Position numbers and translations under genes: made by a program. Positions 48,812-62,008 of a DNA stretch of 64,000 nucleotides are shown here, one piece after another (position 1 is the first letter of the stretch; the number at the start of each line of letters is the position of its first letter). Origin of the DNA: Laetmonice hystrix (Eukaryota); contig OZ249436.1 of NCBI GenBank assembly GCA_965235115.1, positions 20,214,001-20,278,000 on the forward strand. Direction: 5' to 3'. A model generated the notes under the pieces. It was not told the origin of the DNA, searched no databases, and saw nothing but the letters and a program-made list of their open reading frames with translations.

Positions 48812-51793
48812 ACCTATATACCTTAAAGATATACTTTTACATACTAATTTCACATAGGCTACACATTTTACATACACATTTTACATACACATTACAAGGT
48901 GACCACAGTGCCACCATGTTGTTTAATCGCTGGAGCGATTTGCTGCCCGTAAAAGCATGAAACGGCCGTTTGTGTCCTGAACTGCGAACATGCATGTCAA
49001 TGGGCCGGTCAGCAGCTGTGACAATGACACAGCGGTTGGGAGAAGCTGGGCGACTTGAGACTGAGATAAATACCTCGTGCAGAAAGTGATTGACGTTTGA
49101 TGAACTGTTGGCACATATTAACATGAACACACCTCGGATACTTAATGGACATATTCCTAATTCTCTTTATCGTTATCTATAAGGGCGGACATACTTTGGC
49201 TTATTAGGGCCAGGAAGCAGGAACGTCAACTAGTACATTCGGCAGCCACATACCTGGTAGAATAATTACTTTATGAACAAGCGGATATAAAAATAAACCA
49301 GATACCAATAAAAAAGAAGTATATATATTTTGATGACCACTCTATCGTTCTCAGACCACTGTATACAGTGTGCCTGTTGTGGGTGTTTGTAAGAAGAATT
49401 TATTAGGGAATGTATTCTTCACGTTCCTTGAAGGCAGTTTTTTTAGCTCAATTCCATGTCATAAACATGCACAAAATTGTCAAAATGATTTTTGGTACCA
49501 ATTGTGAATCACGCTTTAAATGAACCTTGAACACCTATTGTTTTTTTAACCCCCACTAGTCTACTCTTATACTATAATAGTGATGTTGCTGTCGGTTAGT
49601 GCAAGTATTTTCATTGATTTCTATTTGGCATTGAAACCTAGGGTAGCCAGTGCATATAATGAATCAGTGGGAAGGAAACCCATTATCGCTTTTGCGAGAC
49701 CACTGGGGAACAGGTCCGAGTTCCGGTTATAAACGCAAATGAAATATCGGAAGCCACTAAGGTTAGACCGTTCGACCCATTTATATGGATTCCATTCCCG
49801 GGCTGTCAAACAGCAGGATAGGTCTTCCGACGTATGAAACCTTTTTATATGTAGAGCTCGAGCTATTGTGAATGCATTTGCGGCAATCGAATTTTGTTTT
49901 ATGAACCACAAGACTATAATGCTCTACAAGTACAGTGACTGAGTTGGACACTTCCGTAACGCCTAGTCAAGAGGAACAGCTCTACGTCAGTTTGGGACCG
50001 TCTCCTACAAACTATAGAGCTCCCTTATATGGACCACAACATTTCCTACGTTTTCACCCGTCATAGACATTGCTCTTAAAATGCTAAACTACATTATGTT
50101 CAATTGTGCGTCAGGCTTGACTGTCGTGTGGCGCTCTTGTTAAATGTTAAATAAACTTTTGCTTTCTTCCAACTACTTTTAAGAAGAATCGTACAATAGG
50201 CTAATCCCGAATGTCATCGACACAGCGCTGATACAAGTCGACCTCTCCCTAGGTTATACCAGGCTCCGTAACGATCGGTGGTAATCTTCTACGGCCTGCT
50301 TACAAATTATTGCCATTTACACAATCCCTGATCACTTATGGTCTCTACAGGTGCATGGAACGGCACAGCGAAACTGAAAACAGAGAGCTTTCCCTGAACC
50401 GTTAATGTATTCGTCCACTTTGGCTCCGGTACAGGAATGGGTAACAAAGTACCGTACACTTCAATTACCCTTTGCAATTGAACCTCCACACTCATTGAAA
50501 GAGAGTGGTCCGTCTTGTCGGTGGAGGAGGGGGGGGGGGAGATATTTGAGAAACTAATGCGTTCCCGTCAGCGGCTGTCTCGGTTGGGTTTGACTTGATG
50601 GGCGAGGCAGCACTAACTGATCACTGCGCCTCGCAGGAAATTGCCGCCTACATAAGGTCAGTCTTCCCTAGCTGTCGATCAATTGGTCTAGATAGGATGT
50701 ATTTGATCTGACTTCAGCTCTTTGAAAGAGGCGTCATCTGATCCCATGTACATGGCAGTTCCATTTTAACCTGCCCAGAGGACACTTCCCGTTAGTGTTC
50801 GCGCTCGCCGCTGGGTGTCGTTAGAACGTGAGACGTATCGATGATCATCTCTTTCTGCTCGGGATACAGGGCCTTAGAAAAAAATATATTAAAAAAACCG
50901 CTATAAGATTTTTTTTGCTCTTAATTAAACTAATATACCGATGATGACCCGAAACTAATGGTTGCGGCCTCTCGAAGCACCGTGGCGGTCGTTCCCACGA
51001 TAGTGACCACCTCCGGGAAGTGACCCTCAGATGAAACCACCCGAATGCGCATTTTCATTAAAGTCGTTGTCGGCGTGTCCATTGTACCGATGGCTTCGGG
51101 TCACAGCCCCCTGCCGGTAACACCTGACCCTTACAGTTATCGTGCACGCCCATTCCCTCCGAAATTCCCTGCCCGCCAATGTACGGCTATTGGGCGTCTC
51201 TCTGAAGACGTACTGAGACCCGTTTTCCACGACCCGCGTTAACGCCAACAATAAATTGGGCAATATAACTGGCAGAAAATCGGGACGTGTTGGCGGAAAA
51301 GACCGAGCATCTCATTGACAGCCGCGGTTCGCTGACTGCACGTGCTCAAGTCGAGATTTTCCTTATGACAGGTCACGCGTCTTTCGCGACTCGAGCCCGT
51401 CGGATGTGAAATAAGGTTAATTCAACCCGTGGGCTCGAAAGGGAAATTACGGTAAAATGAGCTGATAGAAATGTCCCTAAAATACATGGCAGATGATCAG
51501 ATATACACGCGTCCACGCAAAGTATTAACATGTTAGAGTGCATGCATGATAGGTACATCAAAACCCATTTCACAATAACATGCGTGAAGACAAATTCTTG
51601 TCATAGTCTGGTTCACTGTGTCAAGTGTCAAATTGTCAAGGTGTCAAAATGTATACAAGATACTCCCGGGTTGTCAATACTATAATGCAGATGTAGTCAT
51701 GTATTCGATTCTTCAATTTTATTTAATCGATTAGTTTGTACAAGCGACACTTTACATCCGTTTAATGGGATGCGAGTTACAGCTACCAAAATT

Positions 51794-54361
51794 AGGGCCT
51801 GATCCATTAAGCTGGGAGCACATGTCCGTCCACTGGATTTGCTTGCGGGCGGCGCTCTTGCGATGCGATTATTTTTCCGCAGACATTTATCACTGCGTCT
51901 GCTAGACGCACGCACACACTTGTGAAGCCCTTGTCCATTGCTACCTTGTGTGCGTACGATCATGGGTGGAAGCACAGATTTTCATTTTTAAATTTGGCGC
52001 CGACGTTTGGTCACTTTAACGTCACATGCTCAAAAGTCCACCCACCATCATGGAGACACGCGACAAACTCGTGGTGGTAACCGCTGCAGCTGCTGTTGCT
52101 GCCTGCAAAGTAGATGATGACGTTAATCGGAAATCGGAAATTTTTGCTTGCGGCCGTCGCATATGAATGCGGCAATATCAAAACTTTTTGATATTGCCGC
52201 AAGCCACCGCACATCTTTGGGTCGACGCAACGCACCATCGCTGCGACGATGCGAATGTCTTGTCCACTGACTGCGTTGCATCTGGGAGACGCATAGGCTC
52301 TGCGACTGCCGCAAACATACATGCCGTTTGAAATAGGTGTCCGCCTCTGGTAGGAGTGCCATGATTATGTCCTTGACTTTTAAACTGCCATGCGATGACC
52401 TCTGTGGCACGTCAAAAATTGAAATAATTTCTTCGCGGCAACGCACAGCGACAACGCAATGCGAATGGTGTGACCAATCCTTCTCTTTTCAGTTTGTTCA
52501 ATAGCTTGCGACAACGCAATTGCGATTCGCATTGCGTAATCGGCTTAGGTACCCTTAGTGGATCAGGCGCCCTTTTTCATTGGATCTTCATGCGGGCGGC
52601 GAACGTGCGATGCGATTATTCTGCCGCATGCAGTTTTCAATGGGTTTCTCCCCGCAGACTCCCTTGTCTACTGGGCCGCGTTGCGTGCGTGCGTGCGTGC
52701 GATTATCGGGATACGATACATGTGTATTTTAGTTTCGAATTTGGCGCCGACGTTTGGTCACGTGGGCATCTACTGCATTCTACATCCGGAAAGCATGGGG
52801 GAAAACCTCATGGATTTCCCCAGCACAGCCGCTGCTGCTGCTGCCTTTGTCATCGTAGAAGACGATGCGTTGATTCTTATGAACAATCACAGAAAGAAAA
52901 GCCACAGCTGCTCCTACTGCCTTTGTCATCGTAGAAGACGATGAGTTGATTCTTATCAACAATCAAGGTAAAACGAGGCCTTTTTTGGATTCGTGAGTGG
53001 TTGCGGTCGCGTGCGGCTATGTAACAAAATCAAACAAAATCATTTTGATATAGCCACACGCTGCAGCACGGGCTCTGCGGCGCCGCATCGCACGGCCGCT
53101 GCGGTGGTGCGACTACCCTCTCCACTGAGTGTGAAGCATCTCTGAGGATAGGAATACACCTAAGCCGATTTCGCAAAAAGTATCCTTTTGGATGTCGCCA
53201 TCGTGAGTGTAGCACGAGTTTTTCTGAAAGCTTCAACTGAAAACTGGATTCATGTTTCCATCATGGGGAATCGGAGAAATATGCGGGCTGTTCACCTCTG
53301 ATCTCGTATTGAGTGGGGGTACGCCGGGTGCTATGCATCCACTATGCCAGGCCACTATGTCAGTGACAAATAAACAGTGTTTCATCATACATACTGTTAT
53401 CCGAGGCAATGCGAATAGTGTGACCAATCCTTCTCTTTTCAGTTTGTTCAATAGCTTGCGACAAAGCAAATGCGATTCGCGAAATCGGCTTAGGTGTATT
53501 CCTACCCTAAAGCTGGCCGCACATGTCCGTCAAATATGGTGCGATGGACGTGCGGCAATCGGATGCGTCGGATCACATGCGATTGAAGTCCGTATTTGCC
53601 TCCGCACATGTGTGCATATTTAACGACGATAGTCCATTCAACGCCGAACCGCCAACATGGAAACACCTGAAGAATAGGAGATATCCCACAGCCTGACGTC
53701 CGGGGATATCCTCTGGGGATATCCCTTGCGATTCGCATCCGTTTCGACGGAAAAAACAAACCAGTCTGTTCCATCCGATCAACGCAAGCGTCAGAAATAC
53801 TCGTCGTACGGTAAAACGCACGCATGTGCGGGGGTTAGTACATAGTCATGCATTTCTTTTCGATCCATGATTAATCGCATCCGATTGCCGCACCACCATA
53901 TTTGACGGACATGTGCGGCCAGCTTTAGGCAATCGCATCGTCGATACGTTGCGTAGAGGTAGAGATGTGCAGTGGCTTGCGGCACTATAAAAAAGTGTTG
54001 ATATTGCCGCATTCATATATGCGACGGCCGCAGGCAAAAATTTTCAATTTTCGATTAACGTCGTCATCTAATATGCGGGCAGCAACAGCAGCTGCGGCGG
54101 TTACCACCACGAGTTTGTCGCGTGTCTCCATGATGGTGGATGGACTTACGAGCATATGACATTCACGTGATCAAACGTCGGCGCCAAATTTAAAAATAAA
54201 AATCTGTGCTTCCACCCATGATCGCACGCACGCAAGGTAGCAATGGACAAGGGCTTCACAAGTGTGTGCGTGCGTCTAACAGACGCAGTGATAAATGTCT
54301 GCGGCAGAATAATCGCATAGCAAGAGCGCCGCCCGCAAGCAAATCCAGTGCACAAGGCCCT
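51794..54361. mobile_element. Composite, rearranged PIF/Harbinger-like relic with ~425-bp inverted arms
   Basis: 51831-52258 is the reverse complement of 53929-54350. Outer termini are AGGGCCT/AGGCCCT with no clean TSD. A third diverged arm copy lies at ~52590-52770, and direct repeats at 52456-52550 and 53406-53494. Broken peptides (..AAAAAAFVIVEDD..; frameshifted ..FWIREWLRSR; ..RRI*MRQY) resemble Harbinger transposase N-termini. Confidence 0.6.
53510..53925. mobile_element. Nested 416-bp MITE
   Basis: TA|AAGCTGGCCGCACATGTCCGTCAAATATGGTG ... CACCATATTTGACGGACATGTGCGGCCAGCTT|TA: perfect 32-bp TIR plus a further GTGCGGCAATCGGATGCG match. Confidence 0.88.
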
Positions 54362-54407
54362 TTAGTGGTGCCAAAAAACATGGCAGCTATTTGGTGACTG
54401 ACATATA

Positions 54408-55268
54408 TCGGGTGTCCCAGAAAAAGTATACCGCTTTTTGACAAGTATTTTCTCAGTGATAGGTAAACCGAATTCATTGAAAATTTTCACACAGTAACCT
54501 TAGGGTATCATCAACAAGTCTGCAAAATATCTAAAAGATCTGACATATCTTATGCGAGTATTGTCAAATTCAAAACAGCATGTAAAAAAATCCAATATCA
54601 AAGGAAAGCCCTTATTTCAGTTTATGCTCAATGTGGCCTCCATCTTCCTTCACGATTAAAGGAAGCCGTTTCTTGCAAACAGATAAACCGATTTCATTGA
54701 AATTTTCACACAATAAGTTTAGGGTATCATCAACAAGTCTGCAAAATATCTAAAAGATCGGACGGAAATTATGTGAGTATTGTCAAATTCAAAACAACAT
54801 GTCAAAAAATCCGATATCAAAACTGCGCAATCTGACCATCACCATCATGTTCATGGATTATGCTATATGGAACTCTCTGAAGGAGAAAGTTTACCGGGCA
54901 CTGAGAGACAAATTGACCCCGGCAGCGTTAAAGGACAGGATAATTATGTCATAGGAGAAGATATCGGTGGCAGAAATACGTAAAAGCATTCCTGTTTGGA
55001 AGGAACGGCTTCCTTTAGTCGTGAAGGAAGATGGAGGCCACATTGAGCATAAACTGAAATAAGGGCTTTCCTTTGATATTGGATTTTTTGACATGCTGTT
55101 TTGAATTTGACAATACTCGCATAAGTTCTATCAGATCTTTTAGATATTTTGCAGACTTGTTGATGATATCCTAAGGTTATTGTGTGAAAATTTTTAATGA
55201 ATTCGGTTTATCTATCACTGAGAAAATACTTGTGAAAAAGCGGTTCACTTTTTCTGGGACACCCTCGG
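54408..55268. mobile_element. Tc1/mariner-type MITE with ~270-bp TIRs, TA TSD
   Basis: TA|TCGGGTGTCCCAGAAAAAGT ... ACTTTTTCTGGGACACCCTCGG|TA. Arms 54408-54680 and ~54992-55268; internal direct copy of the subterminal segment at ~54683-54820. Confidence 0.88.
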
Positions 55269-56366
55269 TAAAAGCTCCCGTTTTGTTCATTTATTACGTT
55301 ATTTGAGAAGTAACAGGTAGCGTCTTTTCGTATTTTGAAATGTGTTAGAGACGTGGAAAATTGGCTTATATTTGCAAACCCATGCAGGCCAGGATTGGTC
55401 TGTCAAAGGCGCTGGGAGATATTCGCAGCTGCGGAGGGCGAATTTCAGCTTGCATAATTTGTGTAAATGTAACTTTCCCTCCCGAGAATATAGGCGTAGA
55501 CTACATATAGTAGACTTTACCGTGGTAAATATATAATAAAAATGTTTCCATGGTAACGCACTTCTCCTTTAGCTGGAAACCTTTAGATATGTTTCAACAA
55601 GCAGTGAATGGGGTAAGCTTCTGTCAAAGGAATATATCTAATTACAATGTACAGTATATGAGCAGTCCAAATTGTATGGCTGCATAATGTGGCTTACAAT
55701 GCATTGATATCGAAGAACGTCATTTTTATAGGCTACATTTAATTCAATTTGCATTAAATTTCTGTCCCTAATCGACTTCAGTGGGATATATCATATGTTA
55801 GAACAATGCGGGGTACACCTTCATAATATGGTATATTCAAATAACATAACGATAAAGTGTCATTTGCAAGTTGTTTTTTTTAAAACTAATTTAATGAAAC
55901 GAAGTAAAAGAAACAATCAGAGCTGTACAAACTATGATCGTAATCGTCGTATGATTAATAATTTGTTCATGAAAGGCAAGCAGAAATAGAGTATACGTGC
56001 AAATACAGCTATAGGAGAAGGATGCTTGGTAAAATAATGTGATTCGGATTTAATAGATTAATCTTTATCCCACATTAAATGTCTGCGTTATACTCTCTTA
56101 GAATGGAGATACGGCAATGACTATCAGGGAGACTGTAATATGGAATGTTCACGAACAAATAATATCGACTCGTGAGGGCAACACTGGGCAGCCCCCTGAG
56201 GCTACAAATAACGTTTCAGAAAGAAAAACTCCCTCTGCTCACATTTTTTAATGATAGGTAATACATTGTACTAACAATGACCAGCAATGTTCTAGGTTTC
56301 CGATGTGCCGCGTGTACCCGGGCTACTGTCTGACTGGGAGTAGAGGCTATCAGAACCATGAGCTCG

Positions 56367-56600
56367 TTATGAGCTCCGGTCTGAATGTTATGAGCTCCGG
56401 TCTGAATATTATGAGCTCCGGTCTGAATATTATCATCGACGGTCTGAATGTTATGAGCGACGGTCCGAATGTTATGAGCGACGGTCTGAATGTTATGAGT
56501 GACGGTCTGAATATTATCATCGGCGGTCTGAATGTTATGAGCTCCGGTCTGAATATTATGAGCGACGGTCTAAATGTCATCAGCGACGGTCCGAATGTTA
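56367..56600. repeat. 21-bp minisatellite, about 11 copies
   Basis: TTATGAGC(TC/GA)CGGTCTGAAT(G/A) units; these produce the repetitive ORFs at 56303-56698 and 56350-56649. Confidence 0.93.
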
Positions 56601-59600
56601 AATTCGGCAGTAGCGTCACAGAAAAATTCTTTTCATGGCCTGCTGGCATAACCGGAAGTCGACGACGGGGTCACAGACATCCGGCGTGGCACTGGTAATC
56701 GGAAGTGCGTTCTATAGTGCAATTTACTTCATGTCGTAAACCGTACAATATTGTCACATTCGCATTTTCTATTACTTTCTATTTCTGGATGCGTATAGAC
56801 ATATGGCGTTCCTGTTTAGATATGGTTTACCAGTGGCAATCGTCATTATCGTGGTCACGTACTAATTAAACGAAATGTCAGAGGGAACACAAAATGGTAC
56901 CCTTGCTGTCAGCGCAGTCCCTCACCTGTTAAATAATCGTGGATGTGCGTGGATACTTACCGGTTGATATATCGTCCAGGGCTAGCTTCTGAAGGCTGCC
57001 TGGCATGCCGACAACTACTCTGACAATGGTGGAAGCCGTTACCCTTTGTGTCCACTCATTACCGGCTACAGCTAGGTCCCTTTTAAAGTAACATGCTGAC
57101 AGAAGATGGATTATCAATCGCAACTCCTCCTCCATGATGCCGTGCCTAGCTATGTTTTATAACAGTTATTAGGATACATAATCATCATGGCTCCTCATAA
57201 TGAATTGGTTAGTACTTCCATCGCATGGATCGTAGATCTTCAGCCGGACCACACATTATTAAGAAATGTGATCTTCATGCAGTGTCGTCACCATAGGTAT
57301 TATACTTACAACAAAGCGCCAATCATCATGGGAATGCTCTTAAAGTTATACAGTTGTCAGCGTGTGGGGAAACCGACACATGAAATATATCCATCAATCA
57401 ACTCCAAATTATACAACTAATGTAGCAATCGTAGAATACGTTGACCTAAATCTTTGCCATGGTAATGACCGCAAATGAGAGAAAATGGTTAACTGAATTT
57501 GGGAATGTAAACAAAACAAACGCACAGAACTGCACTGGTTGTGTTTGGGTTCATTATCTCCTAACTGGAAGGGAAAATCATTTGGCCTAATTCTTGTCAA
57601 GTGTGGAATTTTGCCCAAATAACCAGTAATCATAGTGTCTACGATTGAAGGAATCGTAGTATTTTTGAACCGGTTGATTGTTACAGTGTATAAAGGTCTA
57701 TTGTAAAAGGTGACTATTTCTCAAGTACCAGAAAGCAGGGATGTCTTCTGGAACCTCGCTAGGGACAATGCACTTTTCGTGGAGTTTCCTAGTGTTCTCT
57801 GGCCGTACAGAAATAACCACGGCAATAAAACAACCTCTGGAAAGGTCGAAACCAATGTAGAACTCGGCCCGGAGTCGTCATGAAAAGCCCTTGGAAATCG
57901 TCGAATGTCGTCTGTGGCAACAACTTCCATGCCAGGCTTTCTCTTTTTCCTTTCGTGACCTGCCATTGTGGACAAGAGTGGGGGGAAGGCCTTACACGGT
58001 TGCATGGCGAACGTGCTGTGAAAGAGGCGACATGATTAAAGACGACGTTTGCGTGTGGTGTCTCCGCTTGGAGAAGAAAGTCTGAGATCATCGCATTGTT
58101 AGAAGATTGCTACTGCCCCCGCCCCCTTAAAACGCTGTAGTAACAACTCGTTTTTAATTTTTTAATTTTAATTAAAATTTTGAATTTTGGAATAGCTTCT
58201 ATATAGGAAATCATTAATGAATATTTAGAGAAAAGTTCTCGAGAAAAGTTGTAGTGAACCGAGTGTGGGTTGACTGCTCAATGTGTCAGCACTATAATTT
58301 CACACGATAGTACAATTCACTTCAGATAAAATATAACCACTATTTGGTAAATGATGACTTGTAGTGGATCCTGATTAGTTCGGCAATGGCTCCCACTGGT
58401 GGATAACAATGTCTTGATTGGTACTCGCCGTCTCCGTGGGGAAGATAAAAAAATGAGCTGGATTTACACAACTTCCAGTCTGACCAGTTAGACTTAATCG
58501 TTTGATGAATACATCATTACGTCAGGGACGTCTTCAAACATTGCACTAGACGTGTTACCACGATTATGAAGGAAGCAAAACGGATTTAGCAAGTAAAGTT
58601 GGAATAAAAAAAACATGCGATCGAGACGGTGGAGACAGTGAACAGCGACAGGGAAGACCAATTCCACCGCTGGCCGCGGCCAAGCTGTCCTTTATATAGA
58701 GGCCCATGTACAGGATTGAGGGTCGGGCCTTCTGACACAAGGGCCAACATTGGTCATCTTTATTCAGGAGGAAAAGTACAGGTTTCCATTTGTCTCTCTG
58801 GGCGGAACCTCAGGAAGGCATGCTTTAACATGCATCCGTCCTGACTAAAAAGTGGAGAACGATTTAGGTCGACTGGCACCTGCCTGTGTGGTATGCCAGC
58901 TGCTACTGAATAAACAGGGGGACGGACTTTCTTACGAACCCCATCCTTCTTCTCTTGTCACCCTGCCCGCATTTTTTAAGCGATGGGGTGGGAGTGTGAG
59001 GATTCCTAATCGATAATGACACGGACTTTTTCGTGTTCGTTGCTGACTCGCTATCAAGCCGAGGAGAGCCTCTATTTATATGCCTGCACCTTGAAATGGT
59101 TTATGTTGCCTAGAGATGGATCATCTACACGTGGTAAACTATAGGAAACCATGTTGGAAATAGAAAGAACTGAAACGAGTAATGAAAATATTGATTATAA
59201 TTATAGCTCAACCGTAACTGTCTGATAGATGACAGTAGCTTTCCCTCCCTTTATATGTTTTATATACACTTTTTTCTGAAAAGAGACTTATCTGGTTTCC
59301 AGCGAATGGAGACTTCCTTCCGTATCTGTGCACCCGTATGGAAAAACGGAGATCTATGCACTTAAAGTAGAGGACTTTCGGGCTGGATCCATGGATCGGT
59401 ACCCAACAGAAAAGTCTACTTACTGGGCACGTCTGTAGTCTGTAGGCGCCTTCTTATCCGGAACTCTTCGATCGCAGAGCAGCACTCTTTCCCGAGAAGA
59501 CTAGCGCAATTTTGATATCATGTTTGACCTTTTACACCAGTGTGGTAGTTCAGCCTCCTTGTTTAGGGTGGACAGATTCAATGGAACGCCAACTAGATGG

Positions 59601-59659
59601 CAAGAAATCTGTGATGTCGAGTGAGTGAAAGCCCAAGTTCACTGAGCTGACGACAGCCA

Positions 59660-59930
59660 CCTGGGCCCGGTTTTTTTGTTTACTTTTCTACCGTGAGCAA
59701 GGGTGAGCTGAGCTGAGCAAGGGTGAGCAGAAGCTCATGCTCACCGTTTTGCTCACTGTTTTCGTTTTTTGTGGTGTTTTTCCGCGAGCTTGCTCACCAT
59801 GAGCACGCCTCATGGAAAAAAGTAACCTAAAAAAATAAGAAAACGGTGAGAATGAGCTTATGCTCACCCTTGCTCAGCTCAGCTCACCCTTGCTCACGGT
59901 GGAAAAATAAACCAAAAAAACGGGTCCTGG
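59660..59930. mobile_element. 271-bp palindromic (fold-back) MITE with TGAGC/GCTCA sub-repeats
   Basis: CCTGGGCCCGGTTTTTTTGTTTA..ACCGTGAGCAAGGGTGAGCTGAGCTGAGCAAGGGTGAGCA is mirrored at ~59860-59930. No clear TSD. Confidence 0.8.
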
Positions 59931-60919
59931 AGGGCTGGCCCGCCGAGGGAGGAGACAGGAGGTCCTTCCGAGACCTGCACTCACTCGTTCTGGTCACTTA
60001 TTGGATATAGGCAGAATACATTTATTTTATTTTTATTTGTATGAGATACACCTAGAGAGAATATTATTCTGTTAGCCGGGTGAATATAGAATATAGTGTG
60101 CACCCGAACCCGCATATAAAAGCCCCCTCCTCCCTCGCCTCGAAAAAGAAATCGCCAAAGAAGCCAGAAAATGCGCTTCAAGAGGCCAACATCAGTTCAA
60201 CCGGTGTTTGATTTCTTTGCGAGCCCCTGTTAAACCTCGTCCCAGGGCAAGTTCTTCCAAGAAAACACCCATTAACCGGGCTTCAAATTCCGGAAAGACA
60301 TCCTCTACCCCTGTCAGATCAACCAGGCAGACCTGTTATAAAAGGCGCACAAAATCTAAGGAGATCATTAAAACGAAAATAAACGGCCTCAAGCAGCTGT
60401 TTACATGTTCGTATAATGATACACAGCGAGGTACGAACGGGCCACTGTTTGCTGTGAGGTTGGGGAGAGGGGGCGAGGTTAAAGGGAATAGAAAAGTTCA
60501 AACTATCAATATAAGGGTGTTCAGCATGAACAAGCTTGTTCTTGCCTACAATTCTGTGATTATCTGATCTTTAATAAAGGAATAATCAACCGAAATGTAG
60601 AGACATTTCTCCCGCTGGCTTCGTCCGTTTGTTTACCCTATTTGGCCCTTATCTCAATCTATTAATATATATAGGTCCCGCTGTCTCGCGTGGGAAATAG
60701 CGAATGACCCGGGCGGTATTTTTAAAAGGTCGCCGTTGACAGTGTTCCACTTATCGGTGTGACCTTAGACACTTTATATGGTGTTACTGGTGTTCAAAGG
60801 TACGTTAGTGAGGAATTTTTCTATTCCCTTTAAGGGTTAGGATTATGTTTGAGGTATAGTGAACTTTCAACTTTTCTATTTTCTGGACAAGTTAGACTCT
60901 ACAAGATTTACCCTCACCT

Positions 60920-61097
60920 CATGGGTGGCTCCAGGAAATCTTTTTAGGGCGGGGGGCTAACCATCGGGCAAAAACATATTATTAGGCCTAGGCCTAAAAT
61001 ATATGATAAATATGGTAAGATTGGAGATAAAAATAACATCGTCCGGAATCAAGGGGTAGCCTACTGGAGTCCCCTTAGCCCCCTGGATCCGCCAGTG
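60920..61097. mobile_element. MITE with CA..TG termini and perfect 5-bp TSD (CACCT)
   Basis: CACCT|CATGGGTGGCTCCAGG ... CCTGGATCCGCCAGTG|CACCT. Confidence 0.75.
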
Positions 61098-61949
61098 CAC
61101 CTCCTATATGATGTTCATCTTAGTTCGCTCGAGTGTGGATTATTTTGACACGACCCCGTAACTAAAAACAGTCTTTCATCCACTGTCGACTATACATGTA
61201 TATAATGTCGTTTATAGATTAGATTCTAGTGGGATGATCAAAGGTATGGTTGTGCTATTCCCGGCGCCATTGACTATGATGCTCCCCAATTATCGCCCAT
61301 CTCAACCTTCATTATCGGTCGGTCGCCGCATGGACACAGATGCAGAACTCTGAGTGATGGTGTTCTGTCGACATCGGTCCGGATGAGGACTGGGTCCGTT
61401 ACAAAGTTTGTGGTCCTAATGGAGGTGAAATATCACAGGCCGACAGAACCACTCCCCACGCCACCTTTAATTTTTTGTGTCGAAAGATACAAAATCATTT
61501 CTCTCGTATTGGCTAAACACTCAATGTTAATGCCTTTGTGAAAGCCTTTGCTATTCGGATGGAGCAATAATGTATTTAAATTACTTGTGATTCTATCGTA
61601 GCTATACACCCTTAGGTCTGATATTATTTCATGTTTTACAATTCACGTTTATTAATACCATGATCGCCACATGCTAACTGCTGTCTGGGGTCAAGTGAGT
61701 AAAAAGGCGTCAGGCACCAATTTATGATTGGCAATTCAACATCTCAAACGTAACCATAAACTAATTTATCTTAAAATGTGCCATTTCTCTGCTCTGCCAG
61801 TGGCTGCAAATTTGGGGAAAACTAAATATTAACGTTTGAATTAAAACAATAGCGCACATCTTCTGGGACTGTATCGGTACACAAGCATAGTTTTTATTTA
61901 TTTTTTATTTTTATTTTGAGTGTGAGTCGATTTAGAAGTTCCCGGTTGT

Positions 61950-62008
61950 GTCATGGATATACTTGCCATACCTTTATAATATAAAGATATGGCAAGTATA
62001 TCCATGAC
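61950..62008. repeat. 59-bp near-perfect palindrome
   Basis: GTCATGGATATACTTGCCATACCTTTATA-A-TATAAAGATATGGCAAGTATATCCATGAC: 29-bp arms, one mismatch. Confidence 0.92.
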
